This document shows, piece after piece, positions 32,797 through 41,930 of a stretch of 64,000 nt of DNA (its first letter is position 1; each line of letters begins with the position of its first letter). A program made the position numbers and the translations under genes. Source of the DNA: a virus (Duplodnaviria; Heunggongvirae; Uroviricota; Caudoviricetes); IMG/VR virus record IMGVR_UViG_3300047160_005224, positions 96,403 through 160,402 of that record. One strand, 5' to 3'. The notes below the pieces were generated by a model. That model was not told where the DNA came from and did no database searches. It worked only from the letters and a program-made list of their open reading frames with translations.

Positions 32797-33447
32797 TCAA
32801 ATGATTGTGTTCTTCATTGCCTGCGACAGCAGCTCGTAGAAGACAGCCGTCAGAATTGGGTTCTGGTTTTCGGGATGCTTGAGATTGCGGAGCGCGAACT
32901 CTTTCTCCTCGAGATACTTCACCGCGAAACCAGGATCATTGTCCACGATGGATTTGGTGTTGGACTGGATGTCGCAGAGCTTGATGATCTTGGCTTCCAG
33001 CGGCGCATGGGCGAGCTTGTAAGCCTCCAGCCTCTTGCGCGTCGCACGGTTGCCTTGCTCCTTGGTGATCGTGTCCGTAAGCCAGAACAGCAGGTCCGTC
33101 GTGGCTTCGCCGAACTCGCGATCGATCTCGGTGAAGGTCACGTTACAATCCTCCACGGTATCGTGAAGAAGTGCTGCAGCAAAGACATGTTCGAAGTTCA
33201 GCTTGGCGCGAACACGAACCAGATCATTGGGGCAGTTGCGCATGATCGCATCATGGCAAAGGGTGGCGACTTCGATCGGGTGAACGATGTACGGTTCGCC
33301 GGTGTACTTGCGTTCCTGGCCATCGTGAGCCTTGGTGGCGAAAACGACAGCAGATTGCAGGAAAGGAGACTCCGCCCACGACGGCATAGCGGGGTAGATT
33401 GCTTGAGGCATAGCACTGTGGGTCATGGACGGAGTTCCTTGGTTCAA
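32797..33447 (-). CDS. HD-domain hydrolase, RelA/SpoT-hydrolase-like (candidate small alarmone hydrolase)
   Basis: HD motif LLHDTVEDC and conserved His/Asp spacing typical of SpoT/Mesh1 hydrolases. Confidence 0.5.
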   Translation of the reverse strand: MNQGTPSMTHSAMPQAIYPAMPSWAESPFLQSAVVFATKAHDGQERKYTGEPYIVHPIEVATLCHDAIMRNCPNDLVRVRAKLNFEHVFAAALLHDTVEDCNVTFTEIDREFGEATTDLLFWLTDTITKEQGNRATRKRLEAYKLAHAPLEAKIIKLCDIQSNTKSIVDNDPGFAVKYLEEKEFALRNLKHPENQNPILTAVFYELLSQAMKNTII

Positions 33448-33460
33448 GTGATAGATTGGA

Positions 33461-33664
33461 TCAGGAGTCGCGGCGCACGTAGATGTCCTGGGCGCCGCCT
33501 ATGAGCAGAAACTCACCAGGCTTGAGGTCGGCGATTTCGTCGACTTCCTCGGCGCTGTAATCCGTCATCTCGTACACCTGCTGGAGATTGAGACCCGGAT
33601 CAATACGATTGACAACACCACCGGACCGATCCTGCATCGTGTAACGCTTCATGGCTTCCTCCAA
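33461..33664 (-). CDS. hypothetical protein (67 aa)
   Basis: Minus ORF. Confidence 0.4.
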   Translation of the reverse strand: MEEAMKRYTMQDRSGGVVNRIDPGLNLQQVYEMTDYSAEEVDEIADLKPGEFLLIGGAQDIYVRRDS

Positions 33665-33858
33665 CGCTTCATGGTTTTGGTGATAGCAGACTTGGCAGAA
33701 GGCAGGCGGCTATAAGCCCGGATGAACCAACTGCTAGTCGGCAACTTCAGCATCACCGTGTATCGCCCTTGGCGGCACTCGATGAAACCGTCTTTGTAGC
33801 GAATCGTGAACCAGATTCCCATTGGAGCACCTCCATCACCCTTGGGAAATCCGGACCC

Positions 33859-34830
33859 TTAGCGGGTCCGGAGCAGCGTGTTACGGGCGAGCAGCTGCCA
33901 GTCCTTGGTGACCTTCATGAAGCCGGCGACCTGCATCACAGTACGCAGAGAGATCGCGCGCAGGTTACCCATGTTAGCCTCCAGCCAGTCCAAAATCAAC
34001 TGGGTCTGAGCCTTCGTGATATCCATGCCCATGTCGGTCGTCTCGAGCACCTGGCGGATGCGGATCATGATCTGCTCCGGCGAGTGGATCCCGAGATCCA
34101 GGTAGACGGCACGACTCATCAGCGCACCCATGTGCGGAGCCATCCGACCACCCTTGTCCGAAACGTTCTGCAGGTCGACATTGGTCAGGAAAACGATCTG
34201 CCCTTCGTAGTCGAAGCTGTTCGGGATGTCCTGGTCGCGCAGGAAGCGGCTGTCCTTGATCCAGGAGATCGTACGACGACCGTTGGTATCCAGCGCACCC
34301 TTGAGGATGTTCATGGCTTCCTCGTCGCCGTAGATCGAGTCGATGTCGTCCAGGATCACGACGTCGCCCTTGGCGTTGTTCTCCCAGAGCGTCATGTAGA
34401 GACCGATCGGGCTGATCGTGCCCTTGATCGACTGGACCTTGGAGAGCTTGTCGTCCTCCAGCGCCTCGTTGAGCTTCTTCTCGAGGAGGTAGGACTTGCC
34501 GACGCCAGCAGCACCGGAGACGACGAGGGAGCGGATGTTGCCGGAAGTCACGGCATCGGCGAGGAGGTCGAGCGCGTCGAAGCGGCTCCGGATCTCCTCA
34601 GCGGTCGCCAGCCGTTCGGCTTCGATTTCCGCCTTGGACTTCTTGACCTTCTTCTCGACATCGCCCACCAGCGAAAACACGCCGTGAGCCTTCTTTGCGA
34701 GAGCGCCCTTTCGAGCGGCGAACAGGAGGTGAGGGTTGAACGCGTAGAGTTCGCCGGAGGAAACAGAGTCACCAAACTTCTCTCGAAGCTCGGACATCTG
34801 CGCCGTGGTGATCGTACGGTCGCGAGCCAT
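33859..34830 (-). CDS. AAA+ ATPase
   Basis: Walker A GAAGVGKS and Walker B VVILDDIDS. ~323 aa from MARDRTI. Confidence 0.6.
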   Translation of the reverse strand: MARDRTITTAQMSELREKFGDSVSSGELYAFNPHLLFAARKGALAKKAHGVFSLVGDVEKKVKKSKAEIEAERLATAEEIRSRFDALDLLADAVTSGNIRSLVVSGAAGVGKSYLLEKKLNEALEDDKLSKVQSIKGTISPIGLYMTLWENNAKGDVVILDDIDSIYGDEEAMNILKGALDTNGRRTISWIKDSRFLRDQDIPNSFDYEGQIVFLTNVDLQNVSDKGGRMAPHMGALMSRAVYLDLGIHSPEQIMIRIRQVLETTDMGMDITKAQTQLILDWLEANMGNLRAISLRTVMQVAGFMKVTKDWQLLARNTLLRTR

Positions 34831-34930
34831 CGTAGGTTCCTTAGTAGATTGAGTAAGATAGGGTGGCGGTTCTGGACTTCGTACCAAGGCAGGTCAACCG
34901 TTACCGGTTACATCCCGCTGCCGCCACCCT

Positions 34931-35063
34931 ACGCAATCATTGTACCTTACTTTCCAGGGAAGTAAAGAGCTAAATCCCTAGTGAAATCAGTGACTTAGCG
35001 CTGCCTTCCAAACCCCTTATGAATCAGTGACTTACGTTTCCTTTAAAATCAATGACTTACGGG
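34931..35063 (-). promoter_or_regulatory. sigma70-like promoter (TTTACT-N16-TACAAT) with three direct copies of AATCA(G/A)TGACTTA(G/C)
   Basis: Motifs at 34985-34998, 35021-35036 and 35048-35063. Confidence 0.5.
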
Positions 35064-35112
35064 TGCCTAGCTGAAACCAAGCTGCCAGGCGGGTTCTGGG
35101 CGGTCCAGCGGC

Positions 35113-35469
35113 TTAAACCTTACGCCCAAGGGTCTGGACTACCTCAGGCGGTGCATCGCCGACGTATTGGTAACCGCCCTTGTTGCAGATTGGAGCAACC
35201 ATCGTCTTCTTCCTCTCGATCTCTCTTTGTGCAGCCGCTTCACGTTCAGCCATCTCGCCTTCGTAGCGGATTGGCTTCTCGAGAACTGGATCGTTGGCGT
35301 TCATGTACTCGATCATCATTGATGAATATCGAGAAGTCGACTCAGCTCGCTCCATGTATTCACGAGGCGTGAGTTCTATGAACGGTTGCTTCTTCTTGCG
35401 CGGTTTCGGAGAGACCTTTGGTTGTCCTCGCCGGCGCTTGAATTTGGTTGTAGTGTAGACGATCACCAA
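35113..35469 (-). CDS. hypothetical protein (118 aa)
   Basis: Minus ORF. Confidence 0.5.
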   Translation of the reverse strand: MVIVYTTTKFKRRRGQPKVSPKPRKKKQPFIELTPREYMERAESTSRYSSMMIEYMNANDPVLEKPIRYEGEMAEREAAAQREIERKKTMVAPICNKGGYQYVGDAPPEVVQTLGRKV

Positions 35470-36053
35470 TTGCTCTCTTCAAATCTCGCCAAAGACCCGA
35501 AAGGATTGATAGACGAAACTGCAGTCCAAAGAAATTCGGTCTTGTCATTGGCGGCGTTGTTAGCATCACGCTCAATCTTCTTCTTGCGCGCATACTCGAA
35601 GTTGGCTTGCAACTCGTTGATGTGTTTGAGCTTCACCGGGACATGCATAGACTTGGTTTGGCATCCCGGCAAACTCCACTTCTCGAAGTTATAGAATGGA
35701 ACAGCCATTCCGTGTCGGTCGCAATATTCCTTGACAGAATTGCCGACGCCTTGCATGTAGAAGCGACCAAACCTTCCACAAAGAGGAAACGAAGTGACGC
35801 TGATACGGACTTCTTGAGGACCAGAAATGTCTACCTCGACATGGTAGAAGACTTTCTTCTGGATGTACGCATACTGTGCGCGAGGTTCCGGAGGACTCCG
35901 TCTCTCGTAGTTTTCTGGATTGGTCCATTCATACTTGTGGGTGTCATTGACATTCCACATGATTTCCCAAATCAGGTCGCGCTCCATCTCCGAAAGGTCG
36001 AGCCATGATTTGTTGATCGGAGTTTCTTCGTCACCATTGTCATAGACCATCAT
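35463..36053 (-). CDS. hypothetical protein (196 aa)
   Basis: Minus ORF. Confidence 0.55.
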   Translation of the reverse strand: MMVYDNGDEETPINKSWLDLSEMERDLIWEIMWNVNDTHKYEWTNPENYERRSPPEPRAQYAYIQKKVFYHVEVDISGPQEVRISVTSFPLCGRFGRFYMQGVGNSVKEYCDRHGMAVPFYNFEKWSLPGCQTKSMHVPVKLKHINELQANFEYARKKKIERDANNAANDKTEFLWTAVSSINPFGSLARFEESNW

Positions 36054-36271
36054 GATAGCGTTGCCTCAAGTTGAAATTTGTCACACACGAAAGAAGACAC
36101 GGCTCCCTTCTTGTACGATTGGTTGATCTCTAGAGATCGAATCTCATCGCCATACTCGTCAAGGATGAGCACACGAGTGTATGTTGCACTGTAACGAACC
36201 GTCACTCCAGCGCAACGACCTTCAACGACCTGGCCATCCTGGATGAACTTGTATTTGATCGTTTTGGACAT
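36050..36271 (-). CDS. hypothetical protein (73 aa)
   Basis: Minus ORF with ATGA overlap. Confidence 0.45.
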   Translation of the reverse strand: MSKTIKYKFIQDGQVVEGRCAGVTVRYSATYTRVLILDEYGDEIRSLEINQSYKKGAVSSFVCDKFQLEATLS

Positions 36272-36341
36272 TGTTGATCCTGTAAAGACAATTGGAGCCA
36301 GTCGCTTTCACGACTGGCTCATTCCTGGGTCCGCTTTGTGT

Positions 36342-36767
36342 TCAGCGTGCTCGTTCGCAGTTGTGCAACAGTTCATGGAACCGTTCTTTGTCTGTCTTTG
36401 GCTGCGGCGGAAACGTTTGCGGAAATCGAGCCGGTTGAGAACGATAATACTCTTCCGGAACCACAAGAGCAACGCAAGTCAACGCGCCATTGAGCGCATC
36501 CTTCGACTCGTAGAAGCGAGCAATGGGCAGATCGAACTGCTTCGCAAACTCACGAAGCATCTGATAACGAGACCAGAGCATGGAAGACAATCCGCCATTA
36601 TAGACATAGATTGTCTTGTGATCTGCTGCCCATTCGACAAGGCGACTGTATGCCTTGCCCGGATCGGTGGCATCGTATTTGACCCACAGTTCATTGACGG
36701 CATGCGAGGTTTGGATACCTGCGTGAATGCCCTCCATGTACATGTTGGTGTAGGAGTAGAGGCGCAT
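36342..36767 (-). CDS. hypothetical protein (~141 aa from MRLYSY; ORF extends to 36857)
   Basis: Minus ORF. Confidence 0.45.
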   Translation of the reverse strand: MRLYSYTNMYMEGIHAGIQTSHAVNELWVKYDATDPGKAYSRLVEWAADHKTIYVYNGGLSSMLWSRYQMLREFAKQFDLPIARFYESKDALNGALTCVALVVPEEYYRSQPARFPQTFPPQPKTDKERFHELLHNCERAR

Positions 36768-36769
36768 GG

Positions 36770-36967
36770 TCAGCGGGGCTTGATGAGCAGGTAGAACCCA
36801 AAGCCCAGGATCAGAGCGATCAAGACCGGAGCCCAGATCGGCGCGAAGACCAGCCACCAGGACCAGTTAATGACGCCGACGAGCTTGAGCACCAGGAACA
36901 CGATGAACAACACACCGAAGAATCCGATGCCGCCATTGGCGTTGGAGCTGGAATTGGAAGTCGACAT
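36770..36967 (-). CDS. small membrane protein (65 aa, 2 TM)
   Basis: Hydrophobic minus ORF. Confidence 0.45.
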   Translation of the reverse strand: MSTSNSSSNANGGIGFFGVLFIVFLVLKLVGVINWSWWLVFAPIWAPVLIALILGFGFYLLIKPR

Positions 36968-37008
36968 GGAATTTCCTTGTCAGAGAGATTGTAGAAAACC
37001 AGCACCCA

Positions 37009-37569
37009 TTACAGGGTGCTGGCGATGAGCTTGACGAACTGACGGATCGTAACGTCTTCCTTGGATGCCGCCACCAACGAACCCATCAACCGGATGGCAG
37101 TACTGATGCCGACATTGGTTTCATCGACGATGTAGACATTCGCATTGGCAGCGTTTTTGCCATCTTCCTTGGTGGAATTGGAACCCGTCGCACTGGTGAT
37201 GTTGCCAGCATTGCTCTTCACGATCGAGGCCACCAGACGATCCGGTTGCGCCGGCGGCGTTGGTCGCCAGCGAGGCGGCTTGTACACCAGACCGTAGGCA
37301 TTGGGCACCAGGGCGCCGCGATACTTCACGTCCAGCCGAACATTGCCGGCAGCAGCCTGGACGACATGGTTGTATTCGATGACGCGGACGGCGGTATCCG
37401 GATCGCCAGCCAGTCGGCACAACGCAATGTACTCGTGTGTGCGAGCACGACCGTTCTTGAGACCGGAGTAGTTCTTGCGCAGAACGTTCACGACGGTGAT
37501 GCCGTTGAACATTTTGCCGATGAAGCGCGATGACGCCTGGCTATAGCCAGCGTAGCTGTGATTGCTCAT
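37009..37569 (-). CDS. hypothetical protein (186 aa)
   Basis: Minus ORF. Confidence 0.5.
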   Translation of the reverse strand: MSNHSYAGYSQASSRFIGKMFNGITVVNVLRKNYSGLKNGRARTHEYIALCRLAGDPDTAVRVIEYNHVVQAAAGNVRLDVKYRGALVPNAYGLVYKPPRWRPTPPAQPDRLVASIVKSNAGNITSATGSNSTKEDGKNAANANVYIVDETNVGISTAIRLMGSLVAASKEDVTIRQFVKLIASTL

Positions 37570-37642
37570 GATGTAGATCTCTTGAAATGGGAAAGGAGAG
37601 GGCTGAAGGATTTTGGTCCCTCAGCCCTCAAGCCAGCAGGCA

Positions 37643-38287
37643 TTACGCCGTCTTCTTGGCGGATGCCTTCTTCGTGGTCGACTTGCGGGAAGCGACCGGC
37701 GCCTTCTTGGCAGCAGCCTTCTTCGTCGCCGGACGCTTGCGCGCCGCCTTGGTGGTCTCGGCGGGAGCGTTTGCCCGGATGACTTCAGCTTCGTGCTGAG
37801 CCTTGTTGGAGATCTTCTGGATCTTCTCGAAGGCTTCGTCGGCCAGCGCCTTGATGGCATCGGCGCCTGCGACACCGCCCTTCGGGTGCTTGCCGGTCGT
37901 CACCGCCTTGCGAGCCAGCTTGAGCTGTTCGCGCTGCGCCTTGCGCTCGGCACGCTGACGCTCACGGTCGGCACGAGCAGCCGCCTTTTCTTCGGGCGTG
38001 CGGTTGGGCTTGCGTTCGGCGACACGGTTGTACGACTTGAAGTCGCGACCGGTGACGCGCTTGTCGGCGATGCTGAAGTACATGCCGATGGTGCCGGAGT
38101 TTTCCAGACCCAGCTTCTTGCGGAACTCTTCGACCACCAGAGCGCGGAAGTCCCGCTTGGACAGCTTCTCCTTCTTCGGCAGAAGCTTCTGGTAGATCTC
38201 GACCGCTTGGGTCATCTTCTTTTCCTTGCGGTCCGCCTTGCTTTCGGTGACCGCCTTCTTCTTGGCAGTGGTCTTTGCAGCGTTCAT
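37643..38287 (-). CDS. Lys/Ala-rich basic protein, histone H1-like or nucleoid-associated DNA-binding
   Basis: 214 aa; AKK/KKA repeats at both termini. Confidence 0.45.
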   Translation of the reverse strand: MNAAKTTAKKKAVTESKADRKEKKMTQAVEIYQKLLPKKEKLSKRDFRALVVEEFRKKLGLENSGTIGMYFSIADKRVTGRDFKSYNRVAERKPNRTPEEKAAARADRERQRAERKAQREQLKLARKAVTTGKHPKGGVAGADAIKALADEAFEKIQKISNKAQHEAEVIRANAPAETTKAARKRPATKKAAAKKAPVASRKSTTKKASAKKTA

Positions 38288-38381
38288 GATGTAGTTGCCT
38301 TCTTCACGTTGATGGGAACAGCTTCCGAGGCTATAGGATAGCCCGAATTGAGCGACGGGTCAAGACCCGCCGATCAATCTT

Positions 38382-38723
38382 TTACGCGATTCGCTCGAAG
38401 CCCAGAGCTTCCAGGTCATCCAGCACCGGGTTGATATGTTCGCCGATACGGATGAGGAGTTCCTTGGACTTGTTTTCGACCAGCAGGGTGTAGGACATCC
38501 ACTGATCAGCGTCATCGACCGACGCCGGCAGAAAGTCCACCTGGATGCCGTTCTTGTCGACCAGGATCACCCAGCAACCTTTGCTGTCGTTGATTTCCTC
38601 GGAAATCTTCGGTGGCGTCCCATCGGCGAAATTCTCGGCACCAGCGTAACCGTACCAATCCTCGCGAGAGAAATCGCGGAATACGTTTGCCATGATATTG
38701 CTCCATTTGCAAGGGAAGCACAT
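38382..38723 (-). CDS. hypothetical protein (113 aa)
   Basis: Minus ORF. Confidence 0.5.
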   Translation of the reverse strand: MCFPCKWSNIMANVFRDFSREDWYGYAGAENFADGTPPKISEEINDSKGCWVILVDKNGIQVDFLPASVDDADQWMSYTLLVENKSKELLIRIGEHINPVLDDLEALGFERIA

Positions 38724-38740
38724 CGCCGCCCTTCCACGAT

Positions 38741-38856
38741 CAATATCATACCCCCGTCAACCAAAAAGTCAAGAAGAAAATTCCCTTATAAATCAACAAC
38801 TTAGCTGCCTACCTGTAAGTCATTGATTCATAAGGGAGCGTAAGTCACTGATTTCA
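38741..38856 (-). promoter_or_regulatory. sigma70-like promoter (TTGACT-N16-TATGAT) with one degenerate and two inverted copies of the GTAAGTCA(T/C)TGATT motif
   Basis: Motifs at 38791-38805, 38816-38830 and 38840-38856. -10 atatcata at 38744-38750 (plus). Confidence 0.5.
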
Positions 38857-38881
38857 CTAGGGTTCCCGTAAACCCTTGATT

Positions 38882-39160
38882 TTAGCCCAGGAACCGGGCT
38901 AGGTCAGCCCCGGCACCCCTTCCAACTAGTCTTGCGGCGCGGCATTCCGCTTCAAGCTTTTCTTTGATAGCGGTAGCGCGCTTGACGAGAGGCGCGATTG
39001 ACTCGACTTCCATTTTGTTTTCTTCGCAGAACAGAACGATGGCGTCGAGGTATCCAAGGTGGCGGAACCGGACATATTCCTCGATCGTCTTTGCGAAAGA
39101 AGCTGAGTCGAATTTCTTTGCGAGTTTCTCAACAGTCACTCTTTGAACTCCAGCGAACAA
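38882..39160 (-). CDS. hypothetical protein (92 aa)
   Basis: Minus ORF. Confidence 0.45.
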   Translation of the reverse strand: MFAGVQRVTVEKLAKKFDSASFAKTIEEYVRFRHLGYLDAIVLFCEENKMEVESIAPLVKRATAIKEKLEAECRAARLVGRGAGADLARFLG

Positions 39161-39627
39161 AGGTCAACTTCTTCGTGAACGATGTCCACTTGGACGCCAG
39201 CCTGCTCGAACATGCGTAGGGAAAGATCAAAGCAGTACATCGGATCAGTCAGTCGATGCTTGAACTTTGACGGAACAACGGCAACTACTCGCGAGATGCC
39301 GCGTTGAATGATATCACCAGCACAATGAGTGCATGGTGGGAGAGGATAGACGTAGAGGACATATCCTTCCAATTCTTCACGCGCGAAAAGAATGGCGTTC
39401 TCTTCGGCGTGCTTTGTGATAGCGAGCTTCATGGTACGGTTCTCGTAGTGCTCCGGGTTATCCGGAACACCACGAGGAAAACCGTTGAACCCAATAGACG
39501 CAACAGTCTTATTGGGTCTGACTATGACGGAACCAACTTTGGTCGAAGGATCCTTCGACCATGTCGAAACCAGCTTAGCCATCTGGGAGAAACGCAAGTC
39601 CCAATGAATCAAAGACTTCTCTGTCAC
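39136..39627 (-). CDS. dCMP / cytidine deaminase family protein
   Basis: Zinc motifs HAEENAI and PCTHCAGDI. Confidence 0.7.
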   Translation of the reverse strand: MTEKSLIHWDLRFSQMAKLVSTWSKDPSTKVGSVIVRPNKTVASIGFNGFPRGVPDNPEHYENRTMKLAITKHAEENAILFAREELEGYVLYVYPLPPCTHCAGDIIQRGISRVVAVVPSKFKHRLTDPMYCFDLSLRMFEQAGVQVDIVHEEVDLCSLEFKE

Positions 39628-40274
39628 AATTTTGCTACCAAGGTATAGAAGACATGGTTGTCGATGCGAGCGACGACCCTCTTACCTCTGTAAGCAACAT
39701 CGACTGTTCGTTCATGGAAATAGAGTGCTCCATTCACGATATCAGGATACGATGTGCCCATGTAGTAATTGTCATAGAGGTCCTCAGCAATATCCATGAT
39801 CCTTGTATAGGTCTCTTGATCGACAATCTTGTGTTTCGAACCATTGCAGAACCATTCAAACTGGCACCCAACTGGTTGATTGCGATAAGTGGAATTGTGT
39901 TGATGGACGACGCCGCAGATGGAATCTTCGAACGTTCCCGCCTTCACGCGATTGATCGTTACCTGACCAACAGCAATCTTGCCAGCTTTGGACTCACCAC
40001 GAGCCTCAAAGTAGATGTTGTTGGCGAGGCACTTCACTTCTCGCTGACGGATCTCAACTTCCTTCTGCTTGACAATCTCATTGAGCTGATCTTGTACAGC
40101 AGGAAGCGGAACGAATCCAACAGATGAAGATGTAACAGGTTCCAGATAAGGAACTTGCACAGTCGACACTGTGGTGAATTCGAAGATAGATGATTGGCTG
40201 GCTTTCGCTGTGGTGTACATTGATCCCAGCCCAAGAATCAATGTAGCGATTGCTACAAGGATTGTCATCCGCAT
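39624..40274 (-). CDS. SleB/CwlJ-type cell wall hydrolase (candidate endolysin) with N-terminal TM/signal anchor
   Basis: Hydrolase_2-like core CLANNIYFEARGESKAGKIAVGQVTINRV. Hydrophobic N-terminus. Confidence 0.6.
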   Translation of the reverse strand: MRMTILVAIATLILGLGSMYTTAKASQSSIFEFTTVSTVQVPYLEPVTSSSVGFVPLPAVQDQLNEIVKQKEVEIRQREVKCLANNIYFEARGESKAGKIAVGQVTINRVKAGTFEDSICGVVHQHNSTYRNQPVGCQFEWFCNGSKHKIVDQETYTRIMDIAEDLYDNYYMGTSYPDIVNGALYFHERTVDVAYRGKRVVARIDNHVFYTLVAKL

Positions 40275-40352
40275 AGTAACCTCCTTTGGAAAGGCGGGGT
40301 CAGGATTCTTTCTATATCCACCCCGCCAAAAGCCTTACGCGAACGTCAGGCT

Positions 40353-40604
40353 TTAGTTGAAATAACGCGCTCCAGTGGAATTGTAAACGCGCTTGATCAT
40401 CGAACGCGTCGGAGTGCCCAGGCGATAGCTGGCAGCATTGCCAGCGTTTTTGTTGCGATTGGTGTAGATCACATGACCTTCCTCACGCAGCTGACGAATC
40501 ACTTCACGAGGATTCGCGATGTGCATGCGATTCTCCGCATGGTACTTCGTCAGATTCTTACCAGACTGCAAGTAGTTCAAAACACGCTGCTTTTGTGTTG
40601 CCAT
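40353..40604 (-). CDS. hypothetical small basic protein (83 aa, possible DNA-binding)
   Basis: Minus ORF. Confidence 0.4.
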   Translation of the reverse strand: MATQKQRVLNYLQSGKNLTKYHAENRMHIANPREVIRQLREEGHVIYTNRNKNAGNAASYRLGTPTRSMIKRVYNSTGARYFN

Positions 40605-40661
40605 TCTTTACCTCACATTCATTGTGCCAACAAGGCACGATCATCCAACTCGTATTGTACG

Positions 40662-41405
40662 TCAGTATCCGTTCAAAGAGTAAAACGCCTTCCTTGTTTC
40701 AATCAAGGTGCTCATCATTGAGCCGAATGGTTCTACGAACACCTGTGCTTCTTTCATTCCATCAACAGCGATGATGATAACGATTTGTTCAATCGGTTCC
40801 ATCTGATGCGTCAATTCATTCCACATCGTACCATAGCCGTCTCCCTGAATGAAATAGGAATCAATCCACTCACGCTTCTTTTGTTTGCGTGACGTCTTGA
40901 AGTCAACAACAGAGACTTTGTTGTCGAACACACCGATCAAGTCGGTGGTTCCAGCTATCCTTAGCTTGCGGGAGAAAAGTTGACACTCAGAGGCGCGAAG
41001 CTCTTGAAGTCTGGTGTCCAATACCTGTTTGATGCCGTTCCAATTTTCACGAGCATCAGGCATTGCTTTACGATAGGCTTCCTGAAAGCCTTCGATGTTT
41101 CGGCAGATGTAGTGTTCTGCCAACAAGTGAACGCGAGTTCCGCGTTTGACGGCATGATTGCCGATTCGGTTTACTTCTTCCTCACCAACTCTTTCTCGCC
41201 ATTCCTTCAGCTCGTCTCCCTTACGAACTGATAGAACAGTAGACATGGACGGCAACTTCAAGCCGTCCTCTGTCGTGTAGTAACGAGGACCATCACCGTT
41301 CACCTGAATAATTTTGGGGAACGAGTATTCCTTTCTACGATCAACAGCCTGGTGAGTTACATATGAGCTGTCAAAGGTCGGTCTCTGTAACTTGAACTCA
41401 CTCAT
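40662..41405 (-). CDS. PD-(D/E)xK-type nuclease (phage exonuclease/Cas4-like)
   Basis: 247 aa; motif GTTDLIGVFDNKVSVVDFKTS fits D...(D/E)xK. Confidence 0.45.
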   Translation of the reverse strand: MSEFKLQRPTFDSSYVTHQAVDRRKEYSFPKIIQVNGDGPRYYTTEDGLKLPSMSTVLSVRKGDELKEWRERVGEEEVNRIGNHAVKRGTRVHLLAEHYICRNIEGFQEAYRKAMPDARENWNGIKQVLDTRLQELRASECQLFSRKLRIAGTTDLIGVFDNKVSVVDFKTSRKQKKREWIDSYFIQGDGYGTMWNELTHQMEPIEQIVIIIAVDGMKEAQVFVEPFGSMMSTLIETRKAFYSLNGY

Positions 41406-41889
41406 TTTGTTTCAAGTACTCAATCTTGCTCAGAAGCACCGACTCGACATCATCAAGATCATCGAACAACGGAATACCAAACCGATTGCACATCACCTCG
41501 ATGTTTCCACGACGCCAGAAACCAGGCTCACATGCCACGATGAAGTGTTCGATGTCGTCATTGCCAAGGCAGTAGCCGAATTCCAGCAACGAGATAGGAG
41601 ACTTGGATTCCGCAGTGATGTACATGATCACGATGTCAGCAGAATCGATGTTCTCAATTTCCCAATTGACTTGAGAAACGAAGTCATCATTCTGCAAACT
41701 TTGCTCGCCGGAGAAACCACTCGAACGGCGAGGATTGTAAAACGAGATAGCATCTTCATCATTGAAGCGATTGATGAATGCTTGTTGCCAGTTCGGGCTA
41801 TTGCCCATCTCAATTGTTCCGGCAAGAAACACAGAATAGTTGAGAGCATCGCCCTTGCGGCGAAGCGGCGGATAGATCACTTCCTTCAT
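41398..41889 (-). CDS. nucleoside 2-deoxyribosyltransferase-like (NDT/Rcl family) protein
   Basis: Motifs VFLAG and ADIVIMYITAESKSPISLLEFGY resemble NDT catalytic-Glu context. Confidence 0.45.
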   Translation of the reverse strand: MKEVIYPPLRRKGDALNYSVFLAGTIEMGNSPNWQQAFINRFNDEDAISFYNPRRSSGFSGEQSLQNDDFVSQVNWEIENIDSADIVIMYITAESKSPISLLEFGYCLGNDDIEHFIVACEPGFWRRGNIEVMCNRFGIPLFDDLDDVESVLLSKIEYLKQNE

Positions 41890-41930
41890 AACAAACCTCA
41901 ATGAGATGGGGACCGAAGTCCCCATCGTTG

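Noticed and set aside
33769-34965. Plus ORF of 398 aa opposite the AAA+ ATPase
   Set aside because: Antisense to a gene with clear Walker A/B motifs; Arg/Leu/Val-rich shadow.
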